A stretch of 64,000 nucleotides of DNA from the human T2T-CHM13v2.0 reference genome, Homo sapiens, in NCBI RefSeq assembly GCF_009914755.1, contig NC_060932.1. One strand, written 5' to 3'. A model generated the notes under the pieces. The model saw only the letters and a program-made list of their open reading frames with translations. It had not been told where the DNA came from and ran no database searches. A program made the position numbers and the translations under genes. This document shows, piece by piece, positions 25,118 to 40,684 of this stretch (position 1 is the first letter of the stretch; each line of letters begins with the position of its first letter).

Positions 25118-27134
25118 CACTTCCTGGTTTTCAGATTTTGCTTCAACTCACTCCCTATGAGTAGTCTGTTCACATTAAAAAGCAACCACACTCCAGGAAT
25201 CCTGGTTTGCATAATGTTCATATGTTTTCTCTCTCTCTGCCCACATCGACCTTTCCACAGATGGTGTAGTTCAGAGAGCCACAGTCGGGGGCCTGAGAGA
25301 AAAAAATGCTTAAGCTTAAAAACCATGTGTGCTGTCTCTGTGGGACACATCAGCAAATACTCCTGGCCACATCTACAGCTCACCAAAGACCCAATGGTAC
25401 CTCTCATGTCGTTTTAGTACATCATGGATATTTGGTGATTATGAACATTAAGAGTCTCATGTTCTTTCCTTTCCTTTCTATCTGTTGTGAAAACCCCACA
25501 CTCTACTAAATCTTTACCTAACATGTCTCATAGGTTGAAACTAACTTACTTATCCCTAAAACATCACATAAATTCTGCCTATATTTCCTTAGCCATTCCC
25601 TTTATTCTTAGCTTAAAACTTCAATAATAGTGGTTTCTCCCTGCCTGTATTCTCAGTAGAAAGCCACACTGGGTGTCACTTTTTCTTTTTTAAAAACTCA
25701 CAATTGCAGCACTCTCATCTTTCATTTTAAGGAGCTAATCACATGTCAGTTTTCCCAACCAGACTGAGCTCTTCAAGGGCAGGGACATGCTTTCTTTTGC
25801 ATCCCCAGCCGACTGTCTGGTGCAGAGTAGATGGTGCATACATTTTTTCTGACTAAAACCATGAAGAAATGAATCAACCCATAGTGTCATTTAAGATGAA
25901 TGACCCAGAGATGGTCTGAAGTAACTAACTGGGCACTCACTCAGGGAAAGGGAAATCACTGGATTATCTGTACTGTTTAGCAGCCACACCACCACCTACT
26001 CCCCAGGCATGAATGCCAGCTTTCAGCTGTGCAAAATCATGCTCTCTCCTAGGGAGTAGGAAATCTAGATCATGCCCATGTGCCCAGCTTCCTGCCAAGT
26101 GTCATCGTGACTGCCCAGCTCCCTCAGATGACAGTAATAAAGAAAGGACTTAATACACCTTACTCCAGCATGTCTGGGAAATCATGCTGTCATTTATAAT
26201 CTCTTTGGAAGCACCCAACAGATGCATTCTTTTGACTAACTTTGATGTCTGTTCTTGGGTTAAGGCTCCTAGTCTGATGCTTTCTTTCTTGAACATGCTC
26301 ATTTTAGTCAGGGGCTCTATTAAACTATTGTTTGTCGGTGTTGTCCATGAGAAATGAGATGACCGTTGAAAGTGTACCATGCCATCACACTGATAAGGAC
26401 TGTTATCTGAAGGTCAAGGACAGCCTCATGGTACCAGGGTAGTGGACATCAAAACCTGGCAGAGAAAAGCCACTCATCTATGCCAGGGCTATAATCTGCT
26501 TTCACTGCCTATCCCCTGCTCAGTCCCCTAAAGCTTCGCACCTTCATGATCCAATACTACATATAACGTCTATACTTGTCCTGAAGCCCCCAGGGAAGAA
26601 AACTGCATTCTAATGAATGTGTGCTTTGTTAACTACAGCATAATAAACATGATGCTATAATTATCCATGTTTTCATAGAGCTGGGAAGCTAATCTCTTTA
26701 AGAATTGATGTCCCTGGCAGACAGGCTCAGCATTTTGCAATTGTTTTGTGATAATGCATGGCTTCATAGTGGGTTTGTTGGTCTCAGCATTTTAGCAATA
26801 TCTGGATGAACACCGTATTGAGCACATTTTTATATGTGAGTCTGATTAGCAGTGAGTGTTGTTAAAATCTCATTGTTATCCCGCTCTGCTTCCAATTCCA
26901 TTCTATGAAAAGGCTTATTACTGGAACCTGAGACTGAAGCTTTCCCCAGCAGCTTCTGGATTCTCCCCCTCACTCTAGGTTAAGTTTACGCATGGATCGA
27001 GTAGTGAGATTTGAGTGACTAGGAATGAAAACGTCCACTCCACATCCCATGTTGTTGCTGGGCTTGGCACTGTACATTCCAGGACTAATGAGTCAATATT
27101 TTGGACCTAGTACATATTTTCTTCTAGAATATTC

Positions 27135-27450
27135 TTTATTCATTCATTCAACAAGTCTTGGAATGTCTGTTCTGTGTCACTCTTTAGACACTTAGATACT
27201 ATTTTCAGACAAACAAAATGCTCTGACATTCTAGTGGTGTGGGGGAGACAACAGAAATAAATCAGATACATACATAAAATATACAATAGTGGAATAATGA
27301 TATATGCTTATGTGATAAGGAAAAGAAAACAGGAAATGAAGGAGTTTGGGGAGGAAACTGTAAGTTACAGTTTGATTAGGAAAGGCCTCATTGAAAATGT
27401 GACTTTGAGTAAGCACCCTGTTAAAGAATGAGTATCTCGAGGGGACACAT
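27135..27450 (-). mobile_element. L2 3' fragment
   Basis: tttattcattcattcaacaag...acattctagtgg...ggggagacaac...ggaaaggcctcattgaaaatgtgactttgagt. Confidence 0.7.
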
Positions 27451-28169
27451 GTAAAAAGATGGAATTTTAACCAGTAATAACTAGAGCTATTAACAGTCGA
27501 TACCTTCTGGGGGGATAATCTTATAGAATGGCCCAGCTGCAGTGGAACAAACTGTAGAACATAGATTGAGGCTCTGTGTGGTGACACCAAAAAGGAAGTC
27601 TCCTAAATGTATAGTTTCGCCTGAAGCGGGCTTAGCCCCATGGCTGGGCAGGGCCTTATGTGCTCATCTTCTCACCCCACCTCCTAAACCAGGGCTTCAG
27701 GATGCTTGGACCAGGAGAATCATCCTCTGAAGAACATGAATTACATTTGGGAGACTGAGTTCTCTCTACTTGGAAGGCCCAGGAAAGATTTCCCCTTTTT
27801 TCTGCTGCTTTCTTCCTTAGTAGATCTTTTGAAAGTTTCTTAAATTTGTAAAATTGCTCTCCCCTTTCCTTGAATCTTTAGTCGTTAGCTGTATACAGAG
27901 AAAAAGTCCCATGTATAAATTGGTCGTTTGTGTTATATTCACAGGAATGGGAATTAAGCCTGAATTTTTAAAATGTTTTTTCAGACCCTGAGTAAATATT
28001 AGTAGAACTCATCTACCATGAAATTATGGAAAACAAAATTGTGATAATACTTATTCTGCAATATCATCCAGACTTGCAAGTTGCTAGACATGAAAGAAAT
28101 ACCACAAACTGGAACTGGAATATGAGGGAGAATGTGGGGTCCATGGAGGACACTGCAAGTCCCTTTCTG

Positions 28170-28770
28170 TGATTGTCTCCGGCTGACTTCAGACGCAACA
28201 TTACCATGGCAACTTCGTGAAAACAAGGAGGGTAGGCTGAGCTCTTCCCAGCTACTGAATTTTCTGAGTCTCTCTCTATTGTCTGATGATCTTCCTGCCT
28301 GAGATCTCCCACTTTTTATTAAGCACCACGGGCATGAGATGAGAGCTCTGCCCCCGGCTAGGCTTGTTCCCATACGTATGTTCCAGTGAGCGTGCACAGG
28401 AAGCCCGGGTCTGAGTTAAACAGCGACCACACGTGGGAAAAGTTGAGTTTCTTCCTTTGAAGGTTAATGACAACCAAGCTAGGTTAAATGAAACACCTGT
28501 CTGGAAGAAACACTGACAACACGCATGCTCATAAATAGAACAGGTCACCCACTGAGCTGACTCTAGTGCAACCTTCTCTCGCAGTGCTGATATTGCCGAA
28601 CCACGAAATCATACCCACCAGCACGTCATTTGTTAGTTAGAAAGGATGTCATTTTGAACATCATTAAATGTATTTTTTTCACCCCCCCAAAACCAACATA
28701 AGATGAATGTCACCTGTGAACTGTAAAACGCATCAGCTGTTTCTTATTGAAAACATAACACAGCGGTTTT
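28170..28770. promoter_or_regulatory. Candidate enhancer/promoter: CpG-retaining unique segment with RFX X-box, E-box/RBPJ and CRE-like sites
   Basis: 17 CpGs counted in 28180-28765; ATTACCATGGCAAC 28200-28213; CACGTG 28430-28435 overlapping CGTGGGAA 28432-28439; GCACGTCA 28621-28628. Confidence 0.45.
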
Positions 28771-28789
28771 CATACTTCAGCATGCAGCC

Positions 28790-28952
28790 AAAGGGCCTCA
28801 ATGGCTCGCTAAATCAGAGTACTGGGCCCCACCCCCAGACTTTCCTTCTGTAAATCTGGAGTAAAGCCTGGGTATCTGTACTAACAGAATTAGAAGAATT
28901 TGAATTTGTTGATGCTGCTGCTTCTGGGCTAAATTCTAGAACCACTGGTCTA
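28790..28952. mobile_element. MER5 (hAT-Charlie) MITE
   Basis: ctgggccccacccccagact...gcctgggtatctgta...gatgctgctg...agaaccactggtctag. Confidence 0.7.
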
Positions 28953-29424
28953 GCAGAGACCTCTACTTCTCCATATGGCTGCCCCTGCCTGCCAGGGAAG
29001 TGCTTCTTTCTTCATGGTAAAAATGTAAAAACATTGCATTTATTGTTTTTTTTTTTTTTTTTCGTATAGTTTCTGATTTTCTGAAAGCTCCACAGAATGG
29101 TCCCAAAGAAAGTGTTCATGAGCAGCTTCCTGTGAAACACAACTAGACAAATAACTCTATCCATTGCAGATGTATAATTGGAATTCAAATTGATTTGTGT
29201 GCATGCTTTTTTATGAGCATTATTTATAAACTTGGAATTGGAGTGTCTTTATGGAGTCATTACTACCATTCAGTTCAACACTAAGTGATTCTTCTTTGCA
29301 TCCAAAATTGGTAGAGCTAGCAGATGAGCACTGAGTTGAATTCGTACACTATTTGTCTCATTGAAGTACTGACAGCACATGCCACAGTCCACGTGCTGTT
29401 TCAGTTATGCTCATATTCATGTTA

Positions 29425-30219
29425 TGTTCGGAAAACTCTCTCTGTGTTTTCTATTCTCACACTAAAGCAATCATCAATACAGAAGAAGACTTCTGTGACC
29501 ATATGTGTGGGGTGTTTTTCCCCACACACCAAGCAGTGAACACCAGCTGGGTGTCCTCTAATTCAATTCTGACTTTATCTACCTGGAGACAGTGTCAGAT
29601 CTCACAGGTTGAGGGCTCAGTCCCTAAGACTGCCCTGCCTTCCACTCACCCCGCTACCAGTCCCAAGTTTGAGCCTCCAGAACTTCTGACCACCGGGCTT
29701 CAAGTTGGGATTCCCATGATCCTTTCTTTAGGCTCATCAATTTTCTGGAGTGGCTCACAGAACTCAGGGAAACATTTACTTACATTTGCTGATTTATTAT
29801 AAAATATATTGCAAAGGATCAAGATGAGGAGATGTATAGGGTGAGGTATGGGGGAAAGGACATGGAGCTTCCATACCCTCCCTGGGTGCCCTACCCTCCA
29901 GCAGCCTCCAGGTATTCAGCTCCCTGGAAGCTCTTGGAACTCTGTCCTCTTGGGTTTTTATGGAAGCCTCATGACTTCAGCATTCCTACTTCCAGAGAAT
30001 AGGGTGGGATCCTCTAATGAGAGAGTCTTAAGACCCACAATCAGAAAGTCCAGGGAAGATTAGAGTCCTACTTTGGGCAGGTAAAAGGAGGGCCAGACAT
30101 CAATGGCCTGCCTCTGAGTCCTAATACACCCAACATTGTAACAAAAGACTTTAACAAGGGCTATGGGAGTTATGAGCCAGGAACCATGGATGAACACCAA
30201 TATATATCCTAACACCACA
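29425..30219 (-). mobile_element. MER21-family solo LTR
   Basis: TG...CA termini; acttctgtgacca.atgtgtgggg..ttttccccacacaccaagca, caccagctgggtgtcctctaattcaattctgac, aacaagggctatgggagttatgagccaggaacc; source of ORFs 29407..29802 and 29848..30063. Confidence 0.88.
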
Positions 30220-32356
30220 TATGTCATATATGTATATACATAAGTACAGAAACACACATATATATGTGACTATATATGTGAATCTTAGGACATGTATAGA
30301 CATGCATGAAAAATTTCAAAGAAATGACTCTATTTTTGGAGCATTAATTATAAGTGAAGCCATTTGGAACATGAATAAAGAATGCTTATAGCATTTTTAA
30401 GATTAAAATTCATTTTAAAATAAATTTATTATAATAATTACTTCAAAAAGCAATGCGGGCAAGCTCCAAGATGACAGATCTCTAGCTGAAGATGGATGAC
30501 AAGCTGCTTTCTCTATTAGGCCTGCAAAACAAATATTTTTAAGTCCTAAACATATAGAACAGTTATGGAATACCTATGGTGTGCATGTTAGCCATTAGTT
30601 TAACAATAATGTTAACATATGTCCTTTCAAGAGGAGATAGGACCTTATCAAGTGGATTTATTGAATTACATTTGCTCTAAGATATTGTCTGTAGAAACTG
30701 AATAAGGAAGGAGTTCAGTAGAACAGCAGCAAGCATTTCCTGAATGTTCCAAGTGGTGGCTGTGGGGACACATCTAGTAAGGCCTGAGGAAAACATGACA
30801 AACAGGGACAGGTTTTGAGACCATGAGGCTGTCTCTGGAAGAACCTATAAAATCCTTTTGAAATATTTGCTATTTTTTCTTGTTACCTGAATTAAATTTT
30901 CTTTGACAAGTGAAGCAGTTAGAGTTCAGATGGGTTACTTGCCCATATTCTCTTAAATTATATTGGAATACTGGCAATAAACTTTAGTTCACTTTTCCCA
31001 AACTGAAATACATTTTTATATACAATCTAAACAGTTCTTAGCCTGTATTCCAGCAATCTACGAGGCCCTCATGGGGAGAGAATAATGATCTGTGGACTTG
31101 GCTCCATATCACTGAGAACCTCTGCTCTCCCATCAGGAGAGAAAAGACAGCCACAGTTGTTGAAACTCAGGGAGCAGGGACAGGCAGACATGGCAACACA
31201 CACTGAAATGTTGGATTTTTGCATCAAGCCCTATAGCACTTCAGGAAAAAGAAAGAAAAGACAACCAGTTACCTTATGTCTTTACTTTGGGATACATTCT
31301 GGGTAGAGGCATATTTTGAATAAGGACAAAGTACTAACAATATCTTGGCAATTAAACTTAGGAAGAATTCGCTATGTAATTGGTTGTTGTTTCATCAAGC
31401 AGGGCCTACTCTAGAATTTCTGTATTGGTGTGGCTCAGGAACAACAGTGTAGTTAGAAGGAAGAGGTTAAGGACTCTTTGAAGCTCATTTGCTAAATAAA
31501 GGAACTGATTTTACTTAGGGAATACCAATAAGGTTTAAAATATGCCTTTATTTAAATTTCACATAATATTCTTTCTACTTAAGCAGTTCTTTCTTCATGG
31601 GGGCTGGAAGAGGAAGCCAATATAAGTTATTGGGGATCTAAAGCATTTTACACTGCTGCAAGGTGCCCAGAAAGTTTTAAAGGTTTCGTAAGTGATGTTG
31701 GTTTCTGTTAGGAGAAAATTCTTCCCCAGTCTTACTTCTGAAGAATCAGGAAGAGTCTCCTTTTTTTATTTTGACTATATTACTCCAAGCCACTTCTCCC
31801 TAACTGCATTTTGTTATATCTAGTAATGCTTTAATGCCCCCTTTTGTTTATTCAACAACTCTCAATTAGCAATTTTTGAGCACTAATGTGTAGTTGCAGA
31901 AATATCAGTTATGAATTCTTTAAGAATCTCAGAAAATAAATCCTATTTGACAACATGCAAGAACCTCATCACATGTAAAATGGAGCTGGTGACTCAAAGT
32001 TGGCATACTTTCTGAGCCACTTTGGTCAGGTTGCTTTTGGAAGATACTGCTGCTCAACACTGGATTTGCAGAATCTGGTGCAGGAGAATATTTACTTTCT
32101 TCCACAACCTCAGATAAACCAAGTTCAATGACAGTGCTGCATCATTTGTGTGCCTGGCCTCACAGTGGATGGCAACTGTGATTATCCCCAGAGTCTGGGG
32201 TCCATGCCAGGAGCTGCTTCCCCTGACAGAAAGCAGGTGTCTGAACACAGGGAAAGGGAAAGGAAAACAGAGCCCTGAGGAGCTTTGAAAAATTCTAGAT
32301 CTGGCTTGATCTCTATACAAGTACTTTGGAAAGGTAGTTCTTATGATGAGGTAGCT

Positions 32357-32662
32357 TGTTTGTTGTTGTTTTTGTTGTTGTTGAGACAGGGCCTCACTGT
32401 TGCCCAGGCTGGAGTGCAGTGGTGCAATCTTGGCTCACTGCAGCATCGACCTCTCAGGCTCAAGCAATCCTCCCACCTCACACTCCTGAGTAGCAAGGAC
32501 CATAGGCACCCACCACTACACACGGCTAATTTGTTGTATTTTTGGCAGAAATGGGTTTCACCAAGTTGCCTAGGCTGTTCTCGAGCTCCTGAGCTCAAGC
32601 AATTCCCCCACCTCGGCCTCCCAAAGTGCTGGGATTACAGGCATGAGCCACCACTCGCAGCC
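32357..32662 (-). mobile_element. AluJ with (TTG)n tail
   Basis: gagacagggcctcactgttgcccagg...gctcaagcaatcctcccacc; TSD atgaggtagctt / ataaagtagctt. Confidence 0.95.
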
Positions 32663-33761
32663 ATAAAGTAGCTTTATAGTTTTCCTTAACTTTTCCCCCC
32701 TCCAAAGTAAACCTTAAACAGACTTCCAAAAGAAAGTGGTTTTAAAGTGTCTATTGCCATAAATTTCACATGGAATAATTTCAGCCACATAATCAATTCT
32801 TGTGGGATTTCATGTTATCAGAGGATTTTCTACTAGTAACAAATTTCAGATATTCCATATCACTAAATATGATTTCAGCCTCTGTGGTCTCAGGCGAATT
32901 TGCTGTTGGTCTCCGTGTTCTTGTTTTGTCAGTATGTTCCTATACATTACATAGCACTTTTTCCACAACGAGTTTTTCCTACTACCTTGAATCCTAGTAG
33001 ATGACTACTTTTTCTAATTTTGAGAAATTGAACATATGCAAGTTCATTTAAGCAGGTAATGAAATATATAATGCCATTGCTTACCACTTTATCCCCTTAC
33101 CTTATTTCATTTTACTTTGTATCATTTTACATATTAAATAATTGCCTGTTTGTTTATCTGCTCCCACTATCCTTTAAGCACCTAGAAAAATGCCCAACTC
33201 AGGAGGGTCATTCAGTGTATGTTTGGCAAATGAATACTTGATATTGGAAGGGCATCCAGTTCTCTGAACTTTGAATCCTGATACACTATCTACCAACTCC
33301 TGTGTCTGTGTCCTGAAACGTGTTTATCATTCTCACATTGGTGCTGGAACTATCTGAAATGATATCCATTCCTTTTGAGCTTGAATGCAAAATTAGCAAC
33401 ATCATTTTACAAATGTGACACCAGGAAGAATTAATTTCTTGAAAGATAACTCAGTAGAAATGATTTCATCATTAAGGGGAAAGTTATCAGAATTGCAAAA
33501 TGCAAACATCCAAAACAATGAAGGGAAACTAAAGGCTTTACCTGAAACATCCAAAAAGTCCATTGTAAAACTGACAGAAAACAAGTGTAGGGATTTATTT
33601 CAGCTTTACTGCAGTGTGAAATTGGCCATTTGTTATAGACTCTTCCTATAAATCACCAAAATTAGAGGTATATGGTGTGCAGATCTTTAAAAAGATTCAG
33701 AGTTTCTTCTGATCAATCACACAAAGACATCAAATAACACCTACACTGCACCTGGGTGGTG

Positions 33762-34066
33762 TTTTTGTTTGTTTGTTTGTTTGTTTGTTTTGTTTTTGAG
33801 ACGGTCTTGCTCTGTCATCCAGGCTGGAGTGCAGTGGTGCAATCATGGCTCACCACATCCTCGATCGCGTGAGCTCAAGCAATCCTCCCACCTCAGCCAC
33901 CCAGGTGGCTGGGACTACAGGTGTGCACAACCACACCTGGCTAATTTTAGTAGAGACAAGGTATCACTGTGTTGCCCAGGCTGGTCTCTATCTCTGGGCT
34001 CAAGTGATCTTCCCACCTCAGCATCTGAAAGTGTTGGGATTCAGGCATGAGCCACTTTACCTAGCC
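33762..34066 (-). mobile_element. AluJ with (TTTG)n tail
   Basis: gagacggtcttgctctgtcatccagg...gcaatcatggctcac...gagccactttacctagcc. Confidence 0.95.
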
Positions 34067-34229
34067 AGGTGCTTTTTTTAAGTAAGCATTCTAAAGTGTG
34101 TCAGTCAATCACTTTCAAACAAAAGGCAATAAATGATCTATGCATTGCTTCACCTTGTGTTAATAAATATTTTGTCAGCCTTACCTCATGGAGAACTGTA
34201 ACACTCTTGGTGACTATTATGGTATTTTA

Positions 34230-36570
<2,341 letters not shown>

Positions 36571-37093
36571 TTTTTTTGGATAAAACAACATGATATATGT
36601 GAACTTTATTTGCGTAATTATGAAATATTAAACAAATGCCAGATTAATCAACATATAAGAACAAAGTATACTCAGAATTTAGAAGACAAAACTAAACATG
36701 AATCTAGAAAGGGTAAGCATATAATGGATGACATCTCTATCTATAACAGTCATCCACCATAAAAAGACCATTTGAGTTCCTCTATCCCAAGTCCAACAAG
36801 GTAATTAGGTATTTCAGAAAAAAAAAGTGACTAATTTGTAATTACTCACGCAATATTTAAACCACATGTTAAAAACGGGATACATGTTAAAACATGTTAA
36901 ACATGTTAAAAATGGGATAGTGTCTACCCATGTACCTACAATCAAACATAAGAAAGAGTCCTCCATGCAGTTAAATGTTCCTTATATGTCATTGCATGAT
37001 TGCCCTTGTTCTGGCTTTGCTATTTGTTTTTCCCACATGCATATATATCTAAGCAATGTGTAGTAATTTCCATGTTGTTAAGCAGGCAAGTAT

Positions 37094-37261
37094 TAATGCA
37101 GTACACTGGCTACCTAAAAAGGCAGAAGCTAGTTTCAGAGTTGCCATGGCTCTTGTATTTCTGATCTCAGGAGCACATAATGAGACACTGAAGTGGTGGA
37201 AAGAGGTGCCATGTAAGTATCTATACTCATAATTGCAAGCTTGCTTGGTTGCTAAATAACA
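37094..37261 (+). repeat. Dispersed direct repeat, copy 1 (168 bp)
   Basis: Colinear with 40517-40684; about 16 differences by eye. Confidence 0.95.
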
Positions 37262-38145
37262 TTTAGAATGAATGTTTCTCTCAACATTCAGTCTCTTTGC
37301 GACATAACCCATACTTGAAGGGGTGATCTCTTCAACAAAAGGTATATATTAAAGGATTCAGGCAAATCATCTGGTTGTCTGAGACTGATGGTGTTGCTGC
37401 CTCAGAGTTCCACACTCATATTATTTTTTGGATCAGTTTTTCACCTGCTGGTTTCTTCTAGCATTTCAGGCTACTAGCCTTCCTTTGGTCCATCTAGCTC
37501 ATAGATGCCCTATAGAGAATTTAGAAATCATTCATTTCCCTTCCATGCCCACTTCAGAAGTAACATGCAAAGGAATCATATAAACTTCATTCTAGTAAAT
37601 TATGTATTCAGTGTCTATATAAATAGTGGGTCAGAGGCAGAACAGATGATGTTGCTCAATAGCTTCAATGTGACACCTTTGAGGGTCCCATAGAAGACGC
37701 TATAAATCACTTTGCAGAACACCTTTGGAATTAGTGGAAACATAGATGCCAACACATCCTCTGAATTGTCTGTCACATTGGCCTAGAGTGTAATAGTTCA
37801 TGGGTACCGTACTCTTAGCACCCAGAGCCAATGCTAACCTTTTATCTGCTTTATATGAGTTCATTAATTATTGGGTACTTTGGCAAAATCTTTGCCAATG
37901 TGTAACATTTGTAATACATAAGAAACTGAAAATCTCAGATTGATTTTCTGAATGTAATTCTCTTCCACTGTTGGCATACCATTTTAGATGTTTGGTAAAA
38001 TATAACTGTTATGCTTCTTCTCCCAAGGGTTTGTAAGGTTGTTATATTATGTCTTATTTTTATTTTTTTATCAGTGCAAAAAGTAAAACTTACAGAAAAT
38101 TTTTAACTGGAGTAAAATAAGAGAAATGTCAAAGACATTATCTAG

Positions 38146-38601
<456 letters not shown>

Positions 38602-38908
38602 TAGAAAATTTGAAAAATACACAACTATATAAGACATTTAAACCCAGAATTTTACTACTCAGATACAAACACTTTAAAACTTTATATTTACATATTTCTT
38701 TAAGGCCTCATTTTTCATTTTTAATCAAAAAAGTAGTAAATGCTTATTTTAAAAACTATAGATAACACAGATTTATATAGCATAAATAATTTAGATTCCC
38801 CTTTCAGCCCTATTATCCCCTAAAGTTCTTCAAAGTATAGCCTCTTTAAAGTTTGTTTTATATTTTCCCAGACATCCTTCTAAGTGTTTACAATATTTGT
38901 ATAAAGTA

Positions 38909-39327
38909 CAAACAATCCTTGAACAACATGGGGCACTGATTCCCCTTGCAGCTAAAAATTTGCATATAACTTTTGACTCTCCTAAAACATATTAAGTAAT
39001 TACTAATAGCCTATTGTTGATGGAAGGCTTAACAATGAAATAGTCATTTAACACATATTTTGTACGTTATATGTATTATATATTGTATTCTTACAATAAA
39101 ATAAACTGGAGAAAAGAGAATATTATTAAGAAAATCATAAGGAAGATAAAATATAATTGCTGTTTACTAAGTGGAAGTGAATCATCATAAAGTTCTTCAG
39201 CCTCATAGGCTGAGGAGGAGGAAGAAGAGGAGGAGTTGGTCTGGCTGTCTTGGGAACTGAGTTGAAAGGAAATTCACATAAAATTGAACCCATGCAGCTC
39301 AAACCCATGTTGTTTAAGGGTCAGCTA
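38909..39327 (-). mobile_element. Tigger2a (MER28-type) DNA transposon fossil
   Basis: Degenerate terminal inverted repeats (TA|caaacaatccttgaacaaca ... tgttgtttaagggtcagcta|TA); internal ggctgaggaggaggaagaagaggagg. Confidence 0.85.
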
Positions 39328-39489
39328 TACATATTTCCTAAGATCCAAAAATACAATGCCTATTATACACACTAACCTAAATGTATGTATGCACCAAACT
39401 TTAAATTTACTGACATAAATACAATTATAGCATACATCCTATTCCACAACTTGCCTTTTAAATTTGGTCATTTTAAATGAGCACCTCTT

Positions 39490-39821
<332 letters not shown>

Positions 39822-40308
39822 TCATTCTTTCTAAAGACTGCATGGAATTGATGTGCAATAATTTATGTAAAAACTCTCCAATTGACAGACACTTGTCAGT
39901 TGTTTCCAGAATTATTTTCCATTGTTTACTGTTACACAAAACACTGCTGTGTGTATCTGTGTACATAAACCATTTTGCATAGGTATGTAAAAATTTTTCA
40001 ATCAAATAGATTCCTAGAAATAGAATTATTCAATCAAAAAATATACAAATGTTAATGGAAGGTCCAATTGCTTTCCAAAAAGGCAGTGTAAGTCACAAAA
40101 ATATATAAACATGCCCGTTTCTTCAAACTCTTACTAATACTGAATATTGTTAATCTTTAAACATTTACCAATCTGAGAAGTACAAAAATACTGGTTTTTA
40201 TTTTAATATACATTTCTGTGAGTTTGAGCATTTATCCAAACACGATCTTTTGCAAGTAGACTGACTGCTTGCTGCTGGTTGTCTGACATTCTGGATAGCA
40301 GATGAAAA

Positions 40309-40332
40309 GCTACATTCCCCAGCATGCATTGC
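40309..40332 (+). promoter_or_regulatory. ZNF143/SBS-like motif with an ACTACA-type extension
   Basis: gCTACATTCCCCAGCATGCATTGC closely matches the known ACTACAnTTCCCAGCATGCATTGC element. Confidence 0.45.
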
Positions 40333-40356
40333 TTCCAGGGCTTGTCTTATTCTTAC

Positions 40357-40404
40357 CTTTGTCTACAATAGGTTAATGCGTTCCTTGTGTGCTCGTATCA
40401 GAAT
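40357..40404 (-). other. Candidate 48-nt non-coding exon
   Basis: Minus strand: tgactcttttcctcag|ATTCTG...ACAAAG|gtaaga; stop codons in all three frames. Confidence 0.3.
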
Positions 40405-40516
40405 CTGAGGAAAAGAGTCAAGAGACTTTCACTACACCATCCATACTACAATCTCATTCATTTCCTAGGCATGATATTAGAGTAGATATAAGAAAAATCA
40501 CCTATGGGGACAAAGC

Positions 40517-40684
40517 TAATGCAGTACACTGGCTACCAAAAAAAAGCAGAAGCCAGTTTCAGAGTTGCTATGGCTGTTGCATTTCTGATCTCAGGAGCAC
40601 ATAATGAGATGCTGAAGTGGTAGGAAGAGGTGGCATGTAAGTAGCTACACTCATAATTGCAAGCTTGCTTGTTTCTAAATAACA
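40517..40684 (+). repeat. Dispersed direct repeat, copy 2 (168 bp)
   Basis: Colinear with 37094-37261. Confidence 0.95.

Noticed and set aside
33415-33651. Coiled-coil-looking ORF (SLRGKLSELQNANIQNNEGKLK)
   Set aside because: Non-ATG start, no flanking plus-strand splice sites and no recognisable homology; probably a product of A-rich composition.
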